Source: Eledone cirrhosa (Eukaryota). From it: a DNA stretch of 64,000 bases. A model generated the notes under the pieces. The model was given only the letters and a program-made list of their open reading frames with translations. It was not told where the DNA came from and did not search any database. A program made the translations under genes and the position numbers. Positions 26,593 to 40,044 of the stretch are shown in pieces; within the stretch, counting starts at the first letter, position 1; every line of letters starts with the position of its first letter. Location: contig OZ024742.1 in the NCBI GenBank assembly GCA_964016885.1, forward strand, positions 14,818,001 to 14,882,000, read 5' to 3'.

Positions 26593-27520
26593 TAATTATA
26601 TATTCGTGTACAGGTATTTTTGCATAAATAATAACAAAATATAAACAAAAGTATTTATTTCACGAGGCTCGAAAAGGATAAATATATATCGAATATATAA
26701 GAACCCTAGAGCAAATCCCGAGCAACGCCGGGCCATTCTGCTAGTATATAACTAAAATAGAGAAAAAGATTGCTGACCTATGAAAAACCATAGGATATGT
26801 GACAATGCTCCTTACATGCAAACAAACACAAAAAACCTCATTCCTCACCAACAAAGAGTGATAAATAAAATAGAGACGATGTTTTGTAACAGTAGAATCA
26901 GACCTCTTCAATATAAGCTGATCACCCTCAAACAACAATTGAGAGTTGTTAGCGACAAACGACGATACCTGAAGAAGGTAGATGAAAGAAGAGTGCTTAA
27001 TAAACGATTTAGACGAAACCAAACATCAGTCTATAGAGATATGAAGGGCAAAATAATAAGTGTCACTGAGGCCCCATCCCAGAAAGACATAGATTCCTTT
27101 TAGAGAAAAATATGGGGTGAAAAGAAGAATTTCAACCAAGATGCAGTGTGGCTAAAAGAAATCCAAAAGAACTATTGCTCCTACACTACAACAAAAACAT
27201 ACGAAATAAGTGAGGGTACCCTTGAGAGTGTGTTAGGAAAATTCCAAGATAAGAAAACACCAGGAAGAGACATGATTGTCGGCTACTGGTACAAAAAACT
27301 GATATTCTATCGGAGGTATCTTACTTACCTCTACCAACAAGTTCTTAAGGGAGATACACTTATACCAGAATGGTTGACATTAGCACAAACATTACTGGTC
27401 CCCAAGAACAAAGACATCCACCTGGCAAAAAATCTAGCGACCCATTGCATGCCAGTACCTGATGTATAAGATGTATACAGCCTGCCTGAACCTATTCCTC
27501 CAAGATCACTGTGAAAATAA

Positions 27521-27701
27521 TTGTTTCTACTTTAGGCACAAGGCCAGCAATTACCCAGTACATTACTGGTACTTTATTTTATCGACCCCGTAAGGATGAA
27601 AGGCAAAGTCAACCTCGGCGGGATTTGAACTCAGATCGTAAAGGGACGTAACTATGCTGGAAAGCATGGCGTCCGACCCTCTACCGATACTGCCAATCCA
27701 C
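27521..27701 (-). mobile_element. Family A SINE with 14-bp TSD inside the R4 RT region
   Basis: CACTGTGAAAATAA at 27507-27520 and 27702-27715; removal restores DHCENNNIITDEQ. Confidence 0.92.
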
Positions 27702-29500
27702 CACTGTGAAAATAATAACATCATCACAGATGAACAAGCAGCTGGAAAGAAAGGGGTTTGGGGATGTGCTGAACACCTCCTAATCAACAAAACTGCGATG
27801 TCGGAGGTGCGACAACTTAGGAGGAATATGGCTACAGTCTGGCTGGACTACAGGAAAGCTTTCGATTCTGTTCCCCACTCTTGGGTGATAGAGGCCCTCC
27901 GACTTGCTAAAGTCCCAGACATTTTTGTCAGGGCAATAGAGAAGCTGTCTTCTTCTTGGGCTACTATCCTAAGGTTAAAGACAGAGAGGGAGGACTCTAT
28001 TTTCACTGATAAAATAAAATATCACAGGAGTATATTTCAGGGAGACAATCTCTCGTGATATTATTCATCTTGTCATTAAACCCCTAACTCATAATTTCTT
28101 TGTGGATGATCTGAAACTCTATGCCAAGAACATGGATGGGATGAAGAAAAATCTTGACCTGGTTACAACGTTCTCAAAGGATATAGGAATGGAGTTTGGC
28201 CAAGATAAATGCTCATACATGACTCTAAAGCGGGGAAAACAAAAACCCAATCTAGCAACATTGTCATCAATGGCCTAACTGTTTCACCGATATCTGATGA
28301 GGACTGCTACAGATACCTGGGGATAGATGAGAACATATCCTATAATGGTATCTGTAATAAGGAACGCATAACCAGGGAATACTACACTCGATTAAGAAAG
28401 ATTTGGTCATCGGAACTCTCTGCGCAAAACAAAACAGTGGCTCACAATGTGTTTGCTGTGCCTGTCCTAACACCAACGTTTGGAATACTCAATTGGACGA
28501 TAGACGAAATCCGAGAGATTGATGTTGGAACTCGAAAAATACTAAACAACACCGGAAACTTCCACATCAACAGTGACATAGACCGCCTTTACTTGAAACA
28601 TAAGCAGGGAGGCAGAGGCCTAACATCAGCCCAGACAGAATTTGATTGTCGCATCATATCCCTCCGACAACATCTACGAACCTCGAAGCGTAGGAGCCCG
28701 CTTCTCGAGCAAGTCTATCTGCATGAAACAGATAAGTTCATGAGAGTTGGGAAGGAACTCCTCGAGAGATATTCCCTGTGTGATAATCAAAACTCACACC
28801 CAGGGAAGTCGCTCAGCAGTATCGCAGTGAATCCATAGATGAAAAACTGCATGCTTATCAGCAAAAAATCATGTATGGATATGTTGCCAGGAAGCTCCAG
28901 AGTGAGAGTAATATAGATAAGGAAAGTAGTCTATCTTGGACCAACAACCGCTATATTTGCTCCCACTTTGAAGGATACGCTTTTGCAATCCAAGAACAGG
29001 AGATTAACACGAAATACCTGATTCACAAAAGAGATAGGGATGCAGGCAAAACACCTAGATGTGATAACAAGTACAGACTCTGCAGAATTAACATCGAAGA
29101 TGTAACCCATGTCATAAGCAGCTGTCCAAAGATGTCATCGCGGTACTATCTACCTATCAGGCATGATGTAGTGACCAAGACACTGTACAATGCAATCCGT
29201 AGAAAAGATAGCCCTGATAATAAACACATTAAAAGCTACAGCAATGTGGAAGGCATACATATCCATAATATGAATGAGTACTGGTGGATATACACATGTA
29301 CAGATACTAAGCATATACACATGCACACATACAACTCAAAACATACACATCCATACCTACACACACATGCAGACATGCAGACATATCTACCTAGTTGATG
29401 CTGTGTAAATTCCAATGAGAGAGTCTTGTGTCTATGTTAGAAACTGACTCTCTCTCTATTGGCAAACATTTGTAGAATTACAAAACCAGAAGAACATACA

Positions 29501-29568
<68 letters not shown>

Positions 29569-29687
29569 TTAAAACAATGAAATAAAGAATCAAGTCTTTA
29601 GAGATATACTTCACTGCTTTACGATCGTTTCTAGGTGATGATAATACATCGTAACTATACTTCGTTGATGAAAATTATAATAAGATA

Positions 29688-29870
29688 ATTGTTTCTACTT
29701 TAGGCACAAGGCCAGCAATTACCCAGTGTATTACTGGTACTTTATTTTATCGACCCCGTAAGGATGAAAGGCAAAGTCAACCTCGGCGGGATTTGAACTC
29801 AGATTGTAAAAGGACGTAACTATGCTGGAAAGCATGGCGTCCGATCCTCTACTGATACTGGCAATCCACC
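29688..29870 (-). mobile_element. Family A SINE
   Basis: Near-identical to 27521-27701. Confidence 0.88.
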
Positions 29871-30499
29871 GAAATGAAATACAGTAATACAATAATATAA
29901 TATAATGTAACACAATATAGTACGGTGTGGTAAATTGCACAGTATATCATACGCCTTAAAATACTTTGAAGTATGTCTATGTATAAATAATCAAATTCAG
30001 ATAAATGCATGTTGACATAGTCAAAACGCTTAAATTTCATAGATCACAAAGTGCACATACCCGCATTATAGATAGAGGTATGGTTATATTGATACGCAAT
30101 TAAAAATATACATACACATAAATAGATGCAAACATATACATACATCTACATATGTGCACACAATCATATACACATATATTTATATATATATATATATATC
30201 TACATATACATACCTATACACACACACATATATATATATATATATGTATGTACACACACATACATGTACACACACACATATAAACACTCATACACATATA
30301 TATATATTCACATATCATACATACATAGATACATATTTACTCATGCAATTACGGGTGGTTGTGTACCTTATTGCCCTTAGTCATTAACGCATAAATCTAA
30401 GGAAGCTAAAAAATTAAAAGGTAAGAAATAAGCATGAATGCATATAATTAGGGGAAAGGGATTCTAACAAATGTTACGCTACATAGAATTATAGTGAGT

Positions 30500-31910
30500 T
30501 GCTATTTTGAATTTAATTAGGTTTATAGTATTTAAATGTTTTTCGTATACGGTGATTACAAACTATAATCAGTTCCTGTCTTTTATTCAATAAATCGTCC
30601 TTAGATTTAGTGATTTCCAAGATCTCCCCTCAACATAATCTGCATTCCCTTCTGTTCCCAAGATATGGAGTTCTTTGTAGAATGATGTTCTACGATAGCT
30701 TGAAATCTATTTTTTCTTTTTATAGTTATTTACTGCTTCAGCTAAAGATGTGGTGTTAGCTAGTTTAGTATTGTTAAAACTACTAGAGTATGCGTAAAAT
30801 CTTTTCTTAAATGTGTTTGATGTAGATCCTATATATGTTTTGTTGGAGTCAGTAGTAGACACAGTGCATTTATGTATTACATTATTAATCAAACAGTTGC
30901 CATTTAAGGGGCAGATGCTTCTATTTCTGCAATTATAACCATACGTAAGATGGTTATTGAGGGTGCCTATACTATTCTCATTAATCCTTGAGCTATTTCT
31001 ATTGTAATTAATGTTAGCGGGAGAATGAAGGTTGCTTTGTGGGTGGTTTGGTGCTAGGGTTGTATTGTGATTTTGTGTTATGTTGTTTTTGTGTTGGTGA
31101 TTGGGGTGGTTGTGTTTTCCAGGTTGAAGGATTGTATTATTTGTCCTTTTAAAAGGTGCAGTCCTATTTAAATTATGTTGTGGTGGTGTGGTTATATTAT
31201 TTTTAAATTTATAAATGTTGTAGTTGCTTATTTTTTGCTGGAGATTGTTTGATGTAGAGTATGAGAATTTAACAGTATATCTGTTAAATATTTGGTGGAA
31301 AATGTTTATGTAGAATTTCGAAGAATTTTTGGGGGGATTTGTCCAATAGTTTGCAGGTTGAAGGGTGCGTTGTACCATGTTATGTTTCTTTTGCGGTTTT
31401 TAGTTAAGTTCTTATTACCACTTATATTATTGTACTGTGTTCTAGAAGAATTTCTATGGTTAGTGTCCTTATCCTTACGGGGTCGATAAAATAAAGTACC
31501 AGTAATGCACTGAGTAATTGCTGGCCTTGTGCCAAGAGTAGAAACAATTATTGGGTAGATTATGAGAGGTTGAATGTTTGGTAGTCAGATGTGGGTTGAT
31601 AACATTGGTCATAGATTTGTTGATAACATTGGTCATAGATTTGTTGATAACATTGGTCATAGATTTGTTGTGGTTTTTCGGTTGTTTGGTGTAATAGGAA
31701 TAACCCCATTAGGTATTTGTTTCAATGGTACTTTTTGGTGTTTGTAGTTTTTGCTAGGTTTTATATTTTGGTCCATAGTAGTGTTGGAGATATATGAGAT
31801 TTTTTCTTTATATCCACTTCTAGTTAAGGCCTCGTTGTAGAAGGGTGCATTTTTATAAAATATATCTTCATTGGAAGATAATTTAGAAAGTCTAAGAGAT
31901 ATGTTATGTA
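30500..31910 (-). mobile_element. Penelope-like element fragment (RT C-terminus, linker and GIY-YIG endonuclease), degenerate
   Basis: NISLRLSKLSSNEDIF...FYNEAL..SGY; WYNAPF; NCRNRSICPLNGNCL.NNVIH.C....TYIGST..FKKRF; LLNKRQEL..C.H. Interrupted by a SINE piece at ~31473-31550. Confidence 0.85.
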
Positions 31911-31932
31911 CTAAGTTTTTGAGTATAGAGCC

Positions 31933-31963
<31 letters not shown>

Positions 31964-31985
31964 AGCCATATATATAGAGTATAGA

Positions 31986-32021
<36 letters not shown>

Positions 32022-32416
32022 TGATATAGGAAGCTTATAGATCGGACAACACACGCTGTTTTTTCGTGGAGGTAAGTTTTGATTAATTTTTGTATTCTGA
32101 AACATCAAAATACAACAAAATTTTTCCTCACTAGACTCGGGAAATATCCTGACAGAAGTTGTGGAAGTTACACAAATATTTTCGTATATTTTCCCAGAAC
32201 AATCTTTATTTACATTTTACATTTGACGTTTACTTGCCTCCCAATGCAAAATGGCTATAAATTCAAATTTTGAAAAGAGAGGAAAACGGACAAATGAACT
32301 ACGAACTAGATACATCTCACTGCCTCCCACCACCACAATAACGTCTATACTCGCTCCCCACCACCACATTTACAAAGTCACTGACCTGTTGCCAAAAACT
32401 CTCTACTCTATGTTGA

Positions 32417-32449
<33 letters not shown>

Positions 32450-33127
32450 GGCATAGGTTAAGTTTAACGTCCTCGAAAATGAAACTAGGTTTTCTGACAA
32501 GTGAATGTGTTTGTTTTTTTTACAATGAAATTTACGATACACTCTTTGTTTATTTACAACAGGTCACTATAGTGATATGGTGTTAATTAGTATTGCGTGT
32601 GTGATTATTTTCTCTTATATATATATGTGTGGGTGTGTATATGTGTGTATATATATGTGTGTCTGTATGTATATATATATGTGTGTCTGTATGTATATAT
32701 ATATGTGTGTTTGTATATATATATATGTGTTTGTGTCATCATCATCGTTTAGATGTTTTTGTAATATCTTGCCAAAGTTGGCACCAACTATAAACAAATT
32801 AAGGCCGGGTCATAAGAAGGACAGAGAATGATAAGGGATTTGGGTAAAAACATGTAAACGATGATGATGACACAAACACATATATATATACAAACACACA
32901 TATATATATACATACAGACACACATATATATACACACATATACACACCCACACATATATATATAAGAGAAAATAATCACACACGCAATACTAATTAACAC
33001 CATATCACTATAGAGACCTGTTGTAAATAAACAAAGAGTGTATCGTAAATTTCATTGTAAAAAAAAAAACAACACATTCACTTGTCAGAAAACCTAGTTT
33101 CATTTTCGAGGACGTTAAACTTAACCT

Positions 33128-33132
<5 letters not shown>
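32450..33132. mobile_element. MITE-like inverted repeat (~300-bp arms, ~85-bp spacer) inserted in (TA)n
   Basis: GGCATAGGTTAAGTTTAACGTCC at 32450 is the reverse complement of GGACGTTAAACTTAACCTATGCC ending 33132; both flanks are (TA)n. Confidence 0.85.
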
Positions 33133-33193
<61 letters not shown>

Positions 33194-33473
33194 TCCAGAA
33201 ATAGCCGTCGAAACGGCTTGAGCTCTACCGTCGGGGTCATACTTTTTCCTAGTTCCCACTCTACTACCCTAAGTATCGAGTACTCTGGTGCGTTATGGCC
33301 CATCTGGTTCCTTACCACAATTCCTTTGTTATATATAGATATATATATATATATATATAAACGTTTGTATTTGTAAAGCCAAAACAATGCAGGTATGGAT
33401 ATAGAATATAAATGTAAATGCAAAAGATATTGTTGACAATTAGTCTTTTACCTTAAATTTATTTAAATATCCT

Positions 33474-33529
<56 letters not shown>

Positions 33530-34224
33530 CATTATCGGAGAAAGCTAATAGCGATACTCCGGCCAAATCCCAACTCACTCAACAAACATTAGGAAATAAG
33601 TGAGTATATTCCTAATTAAACGTTCGGGGTGCTAACTAATTGTATTGTGTGGAAAATTGGCTGTATTATTTCATGAGAGATATATCGAATATATCTCTTC
33701 CCAGAAGGACGTCTCATTTCATTATAAAATTCCTACAAGTTAGGTGAAATTATACCAATTTATGTAGAAGCTTGTATAAGATCAACAGATACTTATTCAG
33801 TGGGCTCTTATAATTCTTCAGTGGGTGCCCAATAATAGTAATATTGATAACGAAATCAACATCAATATTTAGCGATAATCACCATCAGTGCTTGAGGTAG
33901 CTGCTAGGTTGCTAGCCCAGCAGTTCTAAAGAAATTCTCATACTGTCACAAAAATGAGGAAGGGGATTACCGCCAAAAAACAATACATGTATATATATAT
34001 ATCACAGTCAAAACGACCAAATTTCAACCCAACGTCTACATCTACAACAACAACAACAATATCTACAGCAACAATAGCATCAGAATGAAATGAACACCAA
34101 CATCAAGAGGAACAACAAACAACATCAACAACATCAACAACATCAACTACCACCATCCACCACTACCACCACCATCACCAGCGATCGGGCCTTAAGAAAA
34201 CAACAACTATAATAATAATAATAA

Positions 34225-34690
34225 TAATTTTTCTGCTGTTGGCGCGGAGCAGCGATTGTCCCCGCGCATCACTGGAGCCTTGTTTTGTCGACTCTGTGAA
34301 GATGAAGGACAGGGTTGACCTCGGCGGGATTTGAACCCGGAGCGTGTAAAACAATTATTATAATAATTTGGCAGTATCGGTAGAGGGTCGCATAGAGTTA
34401 CGGCCCTTGCCATTCTGAGTTCAAATCCCGCCGAGGTTAACTTTGCTTTTCATCCTTACAGGGTCAATAAAATAAAGTACCAGTGATACACTGAAATAAT
34501 TATAATAATTATTTCTATTTTTGGCACAAGGCCAGCAATTACCTAGTACATTACTGGTACTTTATTTTATCGACCACGTAAGGATGAAAGGCAAAGTTAA
34601 CATCAGCGGGATTTGAACTCAGAATGGCAAAGGCCGTAACTCTATGCTTGGCGTCCGACCCGCTACCGATACTGCCAATCCACTGCCCTG
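34225..34690. mobile_element. Cluster of three family A SINEs (-, +, -)
   Basis: Copies at ~34228-34350 (divergent), ~34368-34495 and ~34510-34688. Confidence 0.85.
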
Positions 34691-35284
34691 AAACAATTAT
34701 AATACTGAACAGTAACACACGGCTTCAATAATACAAACTCTTTTGAAAGTCAATAGTTGATATGATCTTGTATCAGTAATGATGGTAATGTATATGTGTG
34801 TATGAGTGGCATGTGTGTGTTTGTATGCATGAGTGTTGATATGTGAGTGGTGTGTGCGTGTTTGTATGCATGAGTGTTGATATGTGAGTGGTGTGTGCGT
34901 GTTTGTATGCATGAGTGTTGGTGCGTGAGTGTGTGTGTCGTACGTATGAGTGTCAATAAGTGATTATTATTACTATTTTTTTTTTTTGCGCAGTTAAACC
35001 ACTGGGAGTGAAGGACCCCTAGCCCTTGTCAGGGCATTCTTCTAGGAGAAGGCATCTCAGGAAACTGGGTTAATTCTGACAAAAACTTGCAGTTCAGTAG
35101 TTACCGATGATGTTGATTATTTCTTCTTTTCGGGTTATAGCTACTGTCGCTCAGAGAGTGGGATTGGCTCAGTGCACAGTCTTTCCTCACTTTAAAAATA
35201 TTCGTCACGCACAGGCATTGCACGATTGCATTAATTAATAATTATTAATAGTGTTATTATTATTATTGTTGTTATTGTTAAGAC

Positions 35285-38200
35285 CATGCTGTAAAATGGA
35301 GGGGTAGAGAGGGCCCATGAGTCCAGTAAGACATCCTCTCTAGTGCTGGTGGCACGAATAAAAGCATCTAGTCCATGCTGTAAAGTGGTGCTGGTGTTAG
35401 GAAGGGCATCCAACCAGTATATATACTACTGCCAAAAACTATGAGCACAACAAATGAGAATTGCAGCAACTGCATCAACAGCAATAACACTAACCATGTT
35501 AGGGCTGCACATGGTAGTGGGGTGGCTGGTGCGGCCATATGCGAGAACCCCCCGACCGTCATCAAGCAATCGCACTACAGGAAAAGGAACAAGAATATGA
35601 AGACGTCGCATCTCAGAGTTGCAACACTTAATGTTTGCACTCTCATAGGTAGATCTGGTGAAATAGCAGAGTTGCTGGAGAGAAGGCATGTGGATGTGTG
35701 CTGCGTGCAAGAGGTGAGATGGAGAGGTGCCTCCGTGAGACTAATCGAGACATCTTAATTATAAGCTTTTATGGGTAGGTAAGGATGATGGGTTAGGGGG
35801 AGTAGACATTTTCCTGGCTGAGAGATGGATCGATAAGACAATAGAGGTAGTTTGAGTTAATAATAGAATAATTAAGCTTAGATTAGTTGTAGGCAGGAGA
35901 CTACTGACAATCATCTCTGCCTATGCTCCCCGGGCAGGCCTAGGTAAAGAAGATAAAGACTGCTTTTACGAGCAACTTTTACAAACAGCCGCAATGACAG
36001 AGGATGGAGACATTGTTATGCTAGCAGGGGACTTAAATGGTCATGTTGGACAGCTCCAGGATGGTTACACTGGGGTACATGGTGGGCACGGTTACAGCTC
36101 AAGAAATGAAGAAGGAGTGAGACTTCTTGAATTTTGTGATTCAAGTGCACTAACCATTTGCAACACTAACTTCCAGAAACCTACCAACCACCTAATAACC
36201 TACAAATCAGGCAAGCACATAAGCCAGATTGACTTCTTACTAGTTAGGCAGCAGGACAGGCAGATTGTGTCAAATACCAAGGCATAACCTGGGGGAGAAT
36301 GTACCCCCACAGCATAGGTTAGTCGTTAGTGATATCTCAGTAAGCAAGAGACGAAATGAGACATACAGGAAGGTGTGGAGAAGAGAGGTCTGGAAGCTAA
36401 AAGACTAAAATACAAATTTAGGAAAGCCCTTCAAGATGTGTATGACGAAAAAGAAGACAATTTAGAGTCGTATGACATAGATGATAACTGGAATTTCTTA
36501 CGTGACAACTTACTGCCGGCTACTGATGAAACTTGTGGCTGGAGCTCTGCTCCAGCCAGACAGAGAGTGACCTGGTGGTGGAACAGCACGGTAGATAGGG
36601 CCATTAGAGACAAAAGACTAGCATGGAATGATGGAAAAAGGGTGGGAGTAGAGAAGGATATACAGTCGCTAAGAGGGAAGCTTGACGTCAGGTGTACTTA
36701 GCACGCAGGGAGGCTGTGAGTAGGAGGTTTGCCAATGTTCTGTGACGGGAAGATCAGAGACGTGCAGTGTTCCGCATTGCAAGGCAGTGTGTCATTGTAA
36801 ATCAGGATGTTGTTGGAGATAAATGTGTCTGGAATGATGCCGGTGTACTTAGTGTCACAGATGATCAGAAAAATGTGGCCTGAAAATGTTGTTATGAGAG
36901 ACTGATGAATGTGGAGAACGAATGGGAGAGAGAGAGAAATTACCCTCAGTAGATCTGACAGAGGGACCAGCTATTGAGATTGACGAATATAGGGTCCAAG
37001 AGGTGATAAAGGAAATGAAAAATGGTAAGGCCGCTGGACCGTCGGGGATAGTTGCTGAGATGCTGAAAGCATCAGGGTACGTAGGCACTAAACTGGTTGC
37101 ACACATCATCAATCAGGCTATATATGGTGGTGTCATACCCAAAGACTGGTGCAGCAGTATTCTCATAAATTGCTACAAAGGTAAAAGGGGTGCTCTGGAG
37201 AGGAGCAATTATAGGGGTATAAAACTGATGGATCAGGTTATGAAAGTGGCAGAAAGGATATTAGCGCAACTAATTAGAGAAAGGGTCAAACTAGATGAGA
37301 TGCAATTTGGTTTTGTGCCTGGGAAAAGTACAACAGATGCCCTCTTGGTGAGACAATTACAAGAGAGGTTCTTAGAGAAAAATAAGCCACTATACTTAGC
37401 TTTTGTTGATCTAGAGAAGGCCTTTCTCTATGCTGACGATCTGGTTCTTATAGCAGAATAAGTAGAGGAGCTAGATAATAAATTCTGGCTATGGAAACAG
37501 ACAGCAGTTGGAATCAAGAGGACTGAGAGTGAACCTAGCTAAAATAAAAGTGTTGATGAGTAGAAAAGATGACAAAACTCTGATTCCATCAGGGAAATGG
37601 CCATGTTCGATATGCAGAAAATGAACTGGCATAAATTCTATAAAATGCACACAATGCAGATCCTGGGTACACAAGAGATGTAGTGGGATAACAGGCAAAC
37701 TAACAGGTAGGGAGAAATACGTATGCAGTAGATGTACAGGGAAATTTGACAGAAGAAGTCGCATTGATAGACACATTTTTCAAGGGTAGTTGGGTTCTAT
37801 AGAAGTGGTTGATAACTTCCGGTACCTAGGTGATCAGATTAGCATGGGAGGGGGTGTTCTGAGGCCATAGTATCTAGAATAAGGACGGGTTGGAAGAAGT
37901 TTAGGGAGCTGCTTCCTCTGCTGACGAAGAAGGGTTTCTCCCTGCATACGAAAGGCCGGTTATATAATGCCTTTGTGAGGAGCGCGATGCTGCATGGTAG
38001 TGAGACATGGGCAGCAACTGCAGAGGATATGCGATGGCTGGAGAGAAATTAGGCAAGCATGCTCTGTTGGATGTGCAAATTCAATGTGTGTGAACGACCC
38101 AGCATGAATGTGTTGAGAGAGAAACTGTGTCTGAGAGGGATAGAATATAGTGTGCGAGAGAGGAGACTTAGGTGGTATGGACATGTGATGCGCATGGAGG

Positions 38201-38404
38201 ATGACCGCTGGGTAAAGAAGTGCCGAGAAATCCCAGTAGAGGTAGACCACGAAAAACATGGGCGGAGGTGGTGAGAGCAGATCTCAGATTGCTGAAACTC
38301 ACGGAGATGACGAAGGACCTTGACGGGTGGAGAGATGCTGTGCTGAATAGGACCCGTCCCACCCTTGCAAGCAGGGAAAAGCGGACGTAAAATGATGATG
38401 ATGA
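35285..38404 (+). mobile_element. Near full-length degenerate RTE-clade LINE (APE endonuclease, RT, Cys/His finger), internally deleted
   Basis: ATLNV...VDVCCVQEVRW, GDLNGHVG, SQIDFLL, GKAAGPSG, QFGFVPG; DLEKAF fused directly to LYADD; RRLRWYGHV; (GAT)n tail at ~38393-38404. Confidence 0.92.
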
Positions 38405-39575
38405 TTATATATATATATACACACACATAAATATGTATGTACATACACACATTGGCAATATTCAGAAAGATAGATAGAAATACACACATTTGTGTGTATT
38501 GTATGTGGGGGCTGTATATGTGTGTATGTTAGGTGTATATGTGTGAGTTAGGTGTATGTGTGTGTGTTAGGTGTATGTGTGTATGTTAGGTGTATATGTG
38601 TGAGTTAGGTGTATGTGTTAGGTGTATGTGTGTGTGTATAGTGTGCGTGAAAGTGTTTGTGTGTGTGTATAGTGTGCGTGAAAGTGTTTGTGTTTGTATG
38701 TCTGGGTGAATTAAATAATAAGTAGATAAATAAATATATAAATTCCAAGGTGAAGAAATATGATGGAAAAAAGTCAACTTACTGAGTAAAAGAGTCAAAC
38801 TAGAGTTGATGGTGTTTAGTGGAGAAAATGTCACAATTTTATCACAGTTATTTTCAAGTTTTACAGATTGTTTAATATTTCTCTGATGGGAGTGTTACAC
38901 ATGAACCAATGAAAATACAACACGTATTAACCTTTTCATTATAGACCTGACTAAAATCAACAGATGTCTTATAAAATAATACCACCTATTTTACCTTTAA
39001 AATATTTAACCTTGATACCAACAACCTGGCCAAAATCAGCGGTTGTCAAAACAATACCACCTATTTAAAAGGGTCCTTACTTAACCTTGATACCAACACA
39101 GCTAAAACCTGCTTTGATTCCTTAAAAAAAAAGAAACTCACCTATTTTAACCCAGTTAATATCAACATACAACACATGATGTTGTCCAAGGGAAAGGCAA
39201 AGGCTGATACAGCTTGGCAGGCATCAGTGATGTCACAACTCATTTCTACAGCTGAGTAAACTGGAGCAACGTGAAATAAAGTGTCTTGTTCAAGGACACA
39301 ACACACAGGCCATTCCGAGAATCGAACTCACAACCTCTCGATTACACACCCCCCACCACCACCACCACCACCACCTTCTATTATAATAGTACGCTCCCTA
39401 CTTATCAAATTGTTTATTTTCCCTCTTGACAACTCAACAAACTGGTTTACATCTGTGTATTATACAAACATAGACACATGCAGACACCCACCTATATATA
39501 CATCTCTCTATATATATAGAGAGAGAGGCTGGCAAGCTGTTTTTACCGGTGAAGACGAATAAGCAAAAGCACACA

Positions 39576-39607
<32 letters not shown>

Positions 39608-39893
39608 CATCATTACCATTTAGCAACCATTTTTCCATGTTAGCATGGGTTTGACGAGTTGTCCCATTGTGAGACAAGCCAGATCAGACATGAGTACCTT
39701 ACTAACTGTGGTTACACCCGATTGAACCCTGGACTCATAGATATCTATCTACCTATATATATGTGTATATATATATATTAATAAGAGGAATTCCAACTTT
39801 GTCTGATTTACTCGTTTTATTTACAATCCTTTAAAATTTATAATGGTATTATAATGAAATAGTATGATAGAATATTAAATTCTAAGTGTTAAT

Positions 39894-39932
39894 TGAACAA
39901 GTACTTTCATGCTTTCGCAATCTTCAGGTTCC
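39894..39932 (-). ncRNA. Mirror copy of the hammerhead motif
   Basis: Same motif on the opposite arm of the palindrome; 5' stem I is GGAAC. Confidence 0.6.
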
Positions 39933-40005
39933 TAATATGTGGTGACAGTCAAGTTTGCAATTTTCAACTGTTGAAAATTGCAAACTTGACTGTCACCACA
40001 TATTA

Positions 40006-40044
40006 TGAACCTGAAGATTGCGAAAGCATGAAAGTACTTGTTCA
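40006..40044 (+). ncRNA. Minimal type-I hammerhead ribozyme motif (Penelope-type)
   Basis: Stem I TGAAC/GTTCA, core CTGAAGA, stem II TGC-GAAA-GCA, GAAA, palindromic stem III AGTACT, cleavage triplet CUU. Confidence 0.7.

Larger units (their letters stand above)
21249..26744 (+). mobile_element. Non-autonomous Helitron with cargo (5496 bp)
   Basis: 5' TCTCCTTATAATATATAA. 3' GC-rich hairpin CCCGAGCAACGCCGGG (26717-26732) then CTAG (26741-26744). Inserted between A and T with no TSD. Removing it restores the LINE frame PPKLPS|YITKIEKKIADL. Confidence 0.88.
20060..29290 (+). mobile_element. Degenerate R4/Dong-clade non-LTR retrotransposon, interrupted by a Helitron and SINEs
   Basis: N-terminal W..ELNDDLFNCYKM...GYMNRMKLHWDE...KQLRQQ (20274). 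RT motifs EQAAGKKGVWGC, WLDYRKAFDSVPH, IFQGDNLS, FVDDLKLY, YRYLG, GGRGL. C-terminal RLC...HVISSC knuckle plus RHD (29070-29170). Multiple stops and frameshifts; ends before the nuclease motif. Confidence 0.85.

Noticed and set aside
33190-33245. GAGTCCAGAAATAGCCGTCGAAACGGC motif (reverse copy at ~43198-43250) as a ribozyme
   Set aside because: No intact CTGANGA core; only supportable as a short dispersed repeat, possibly a Penelope end.
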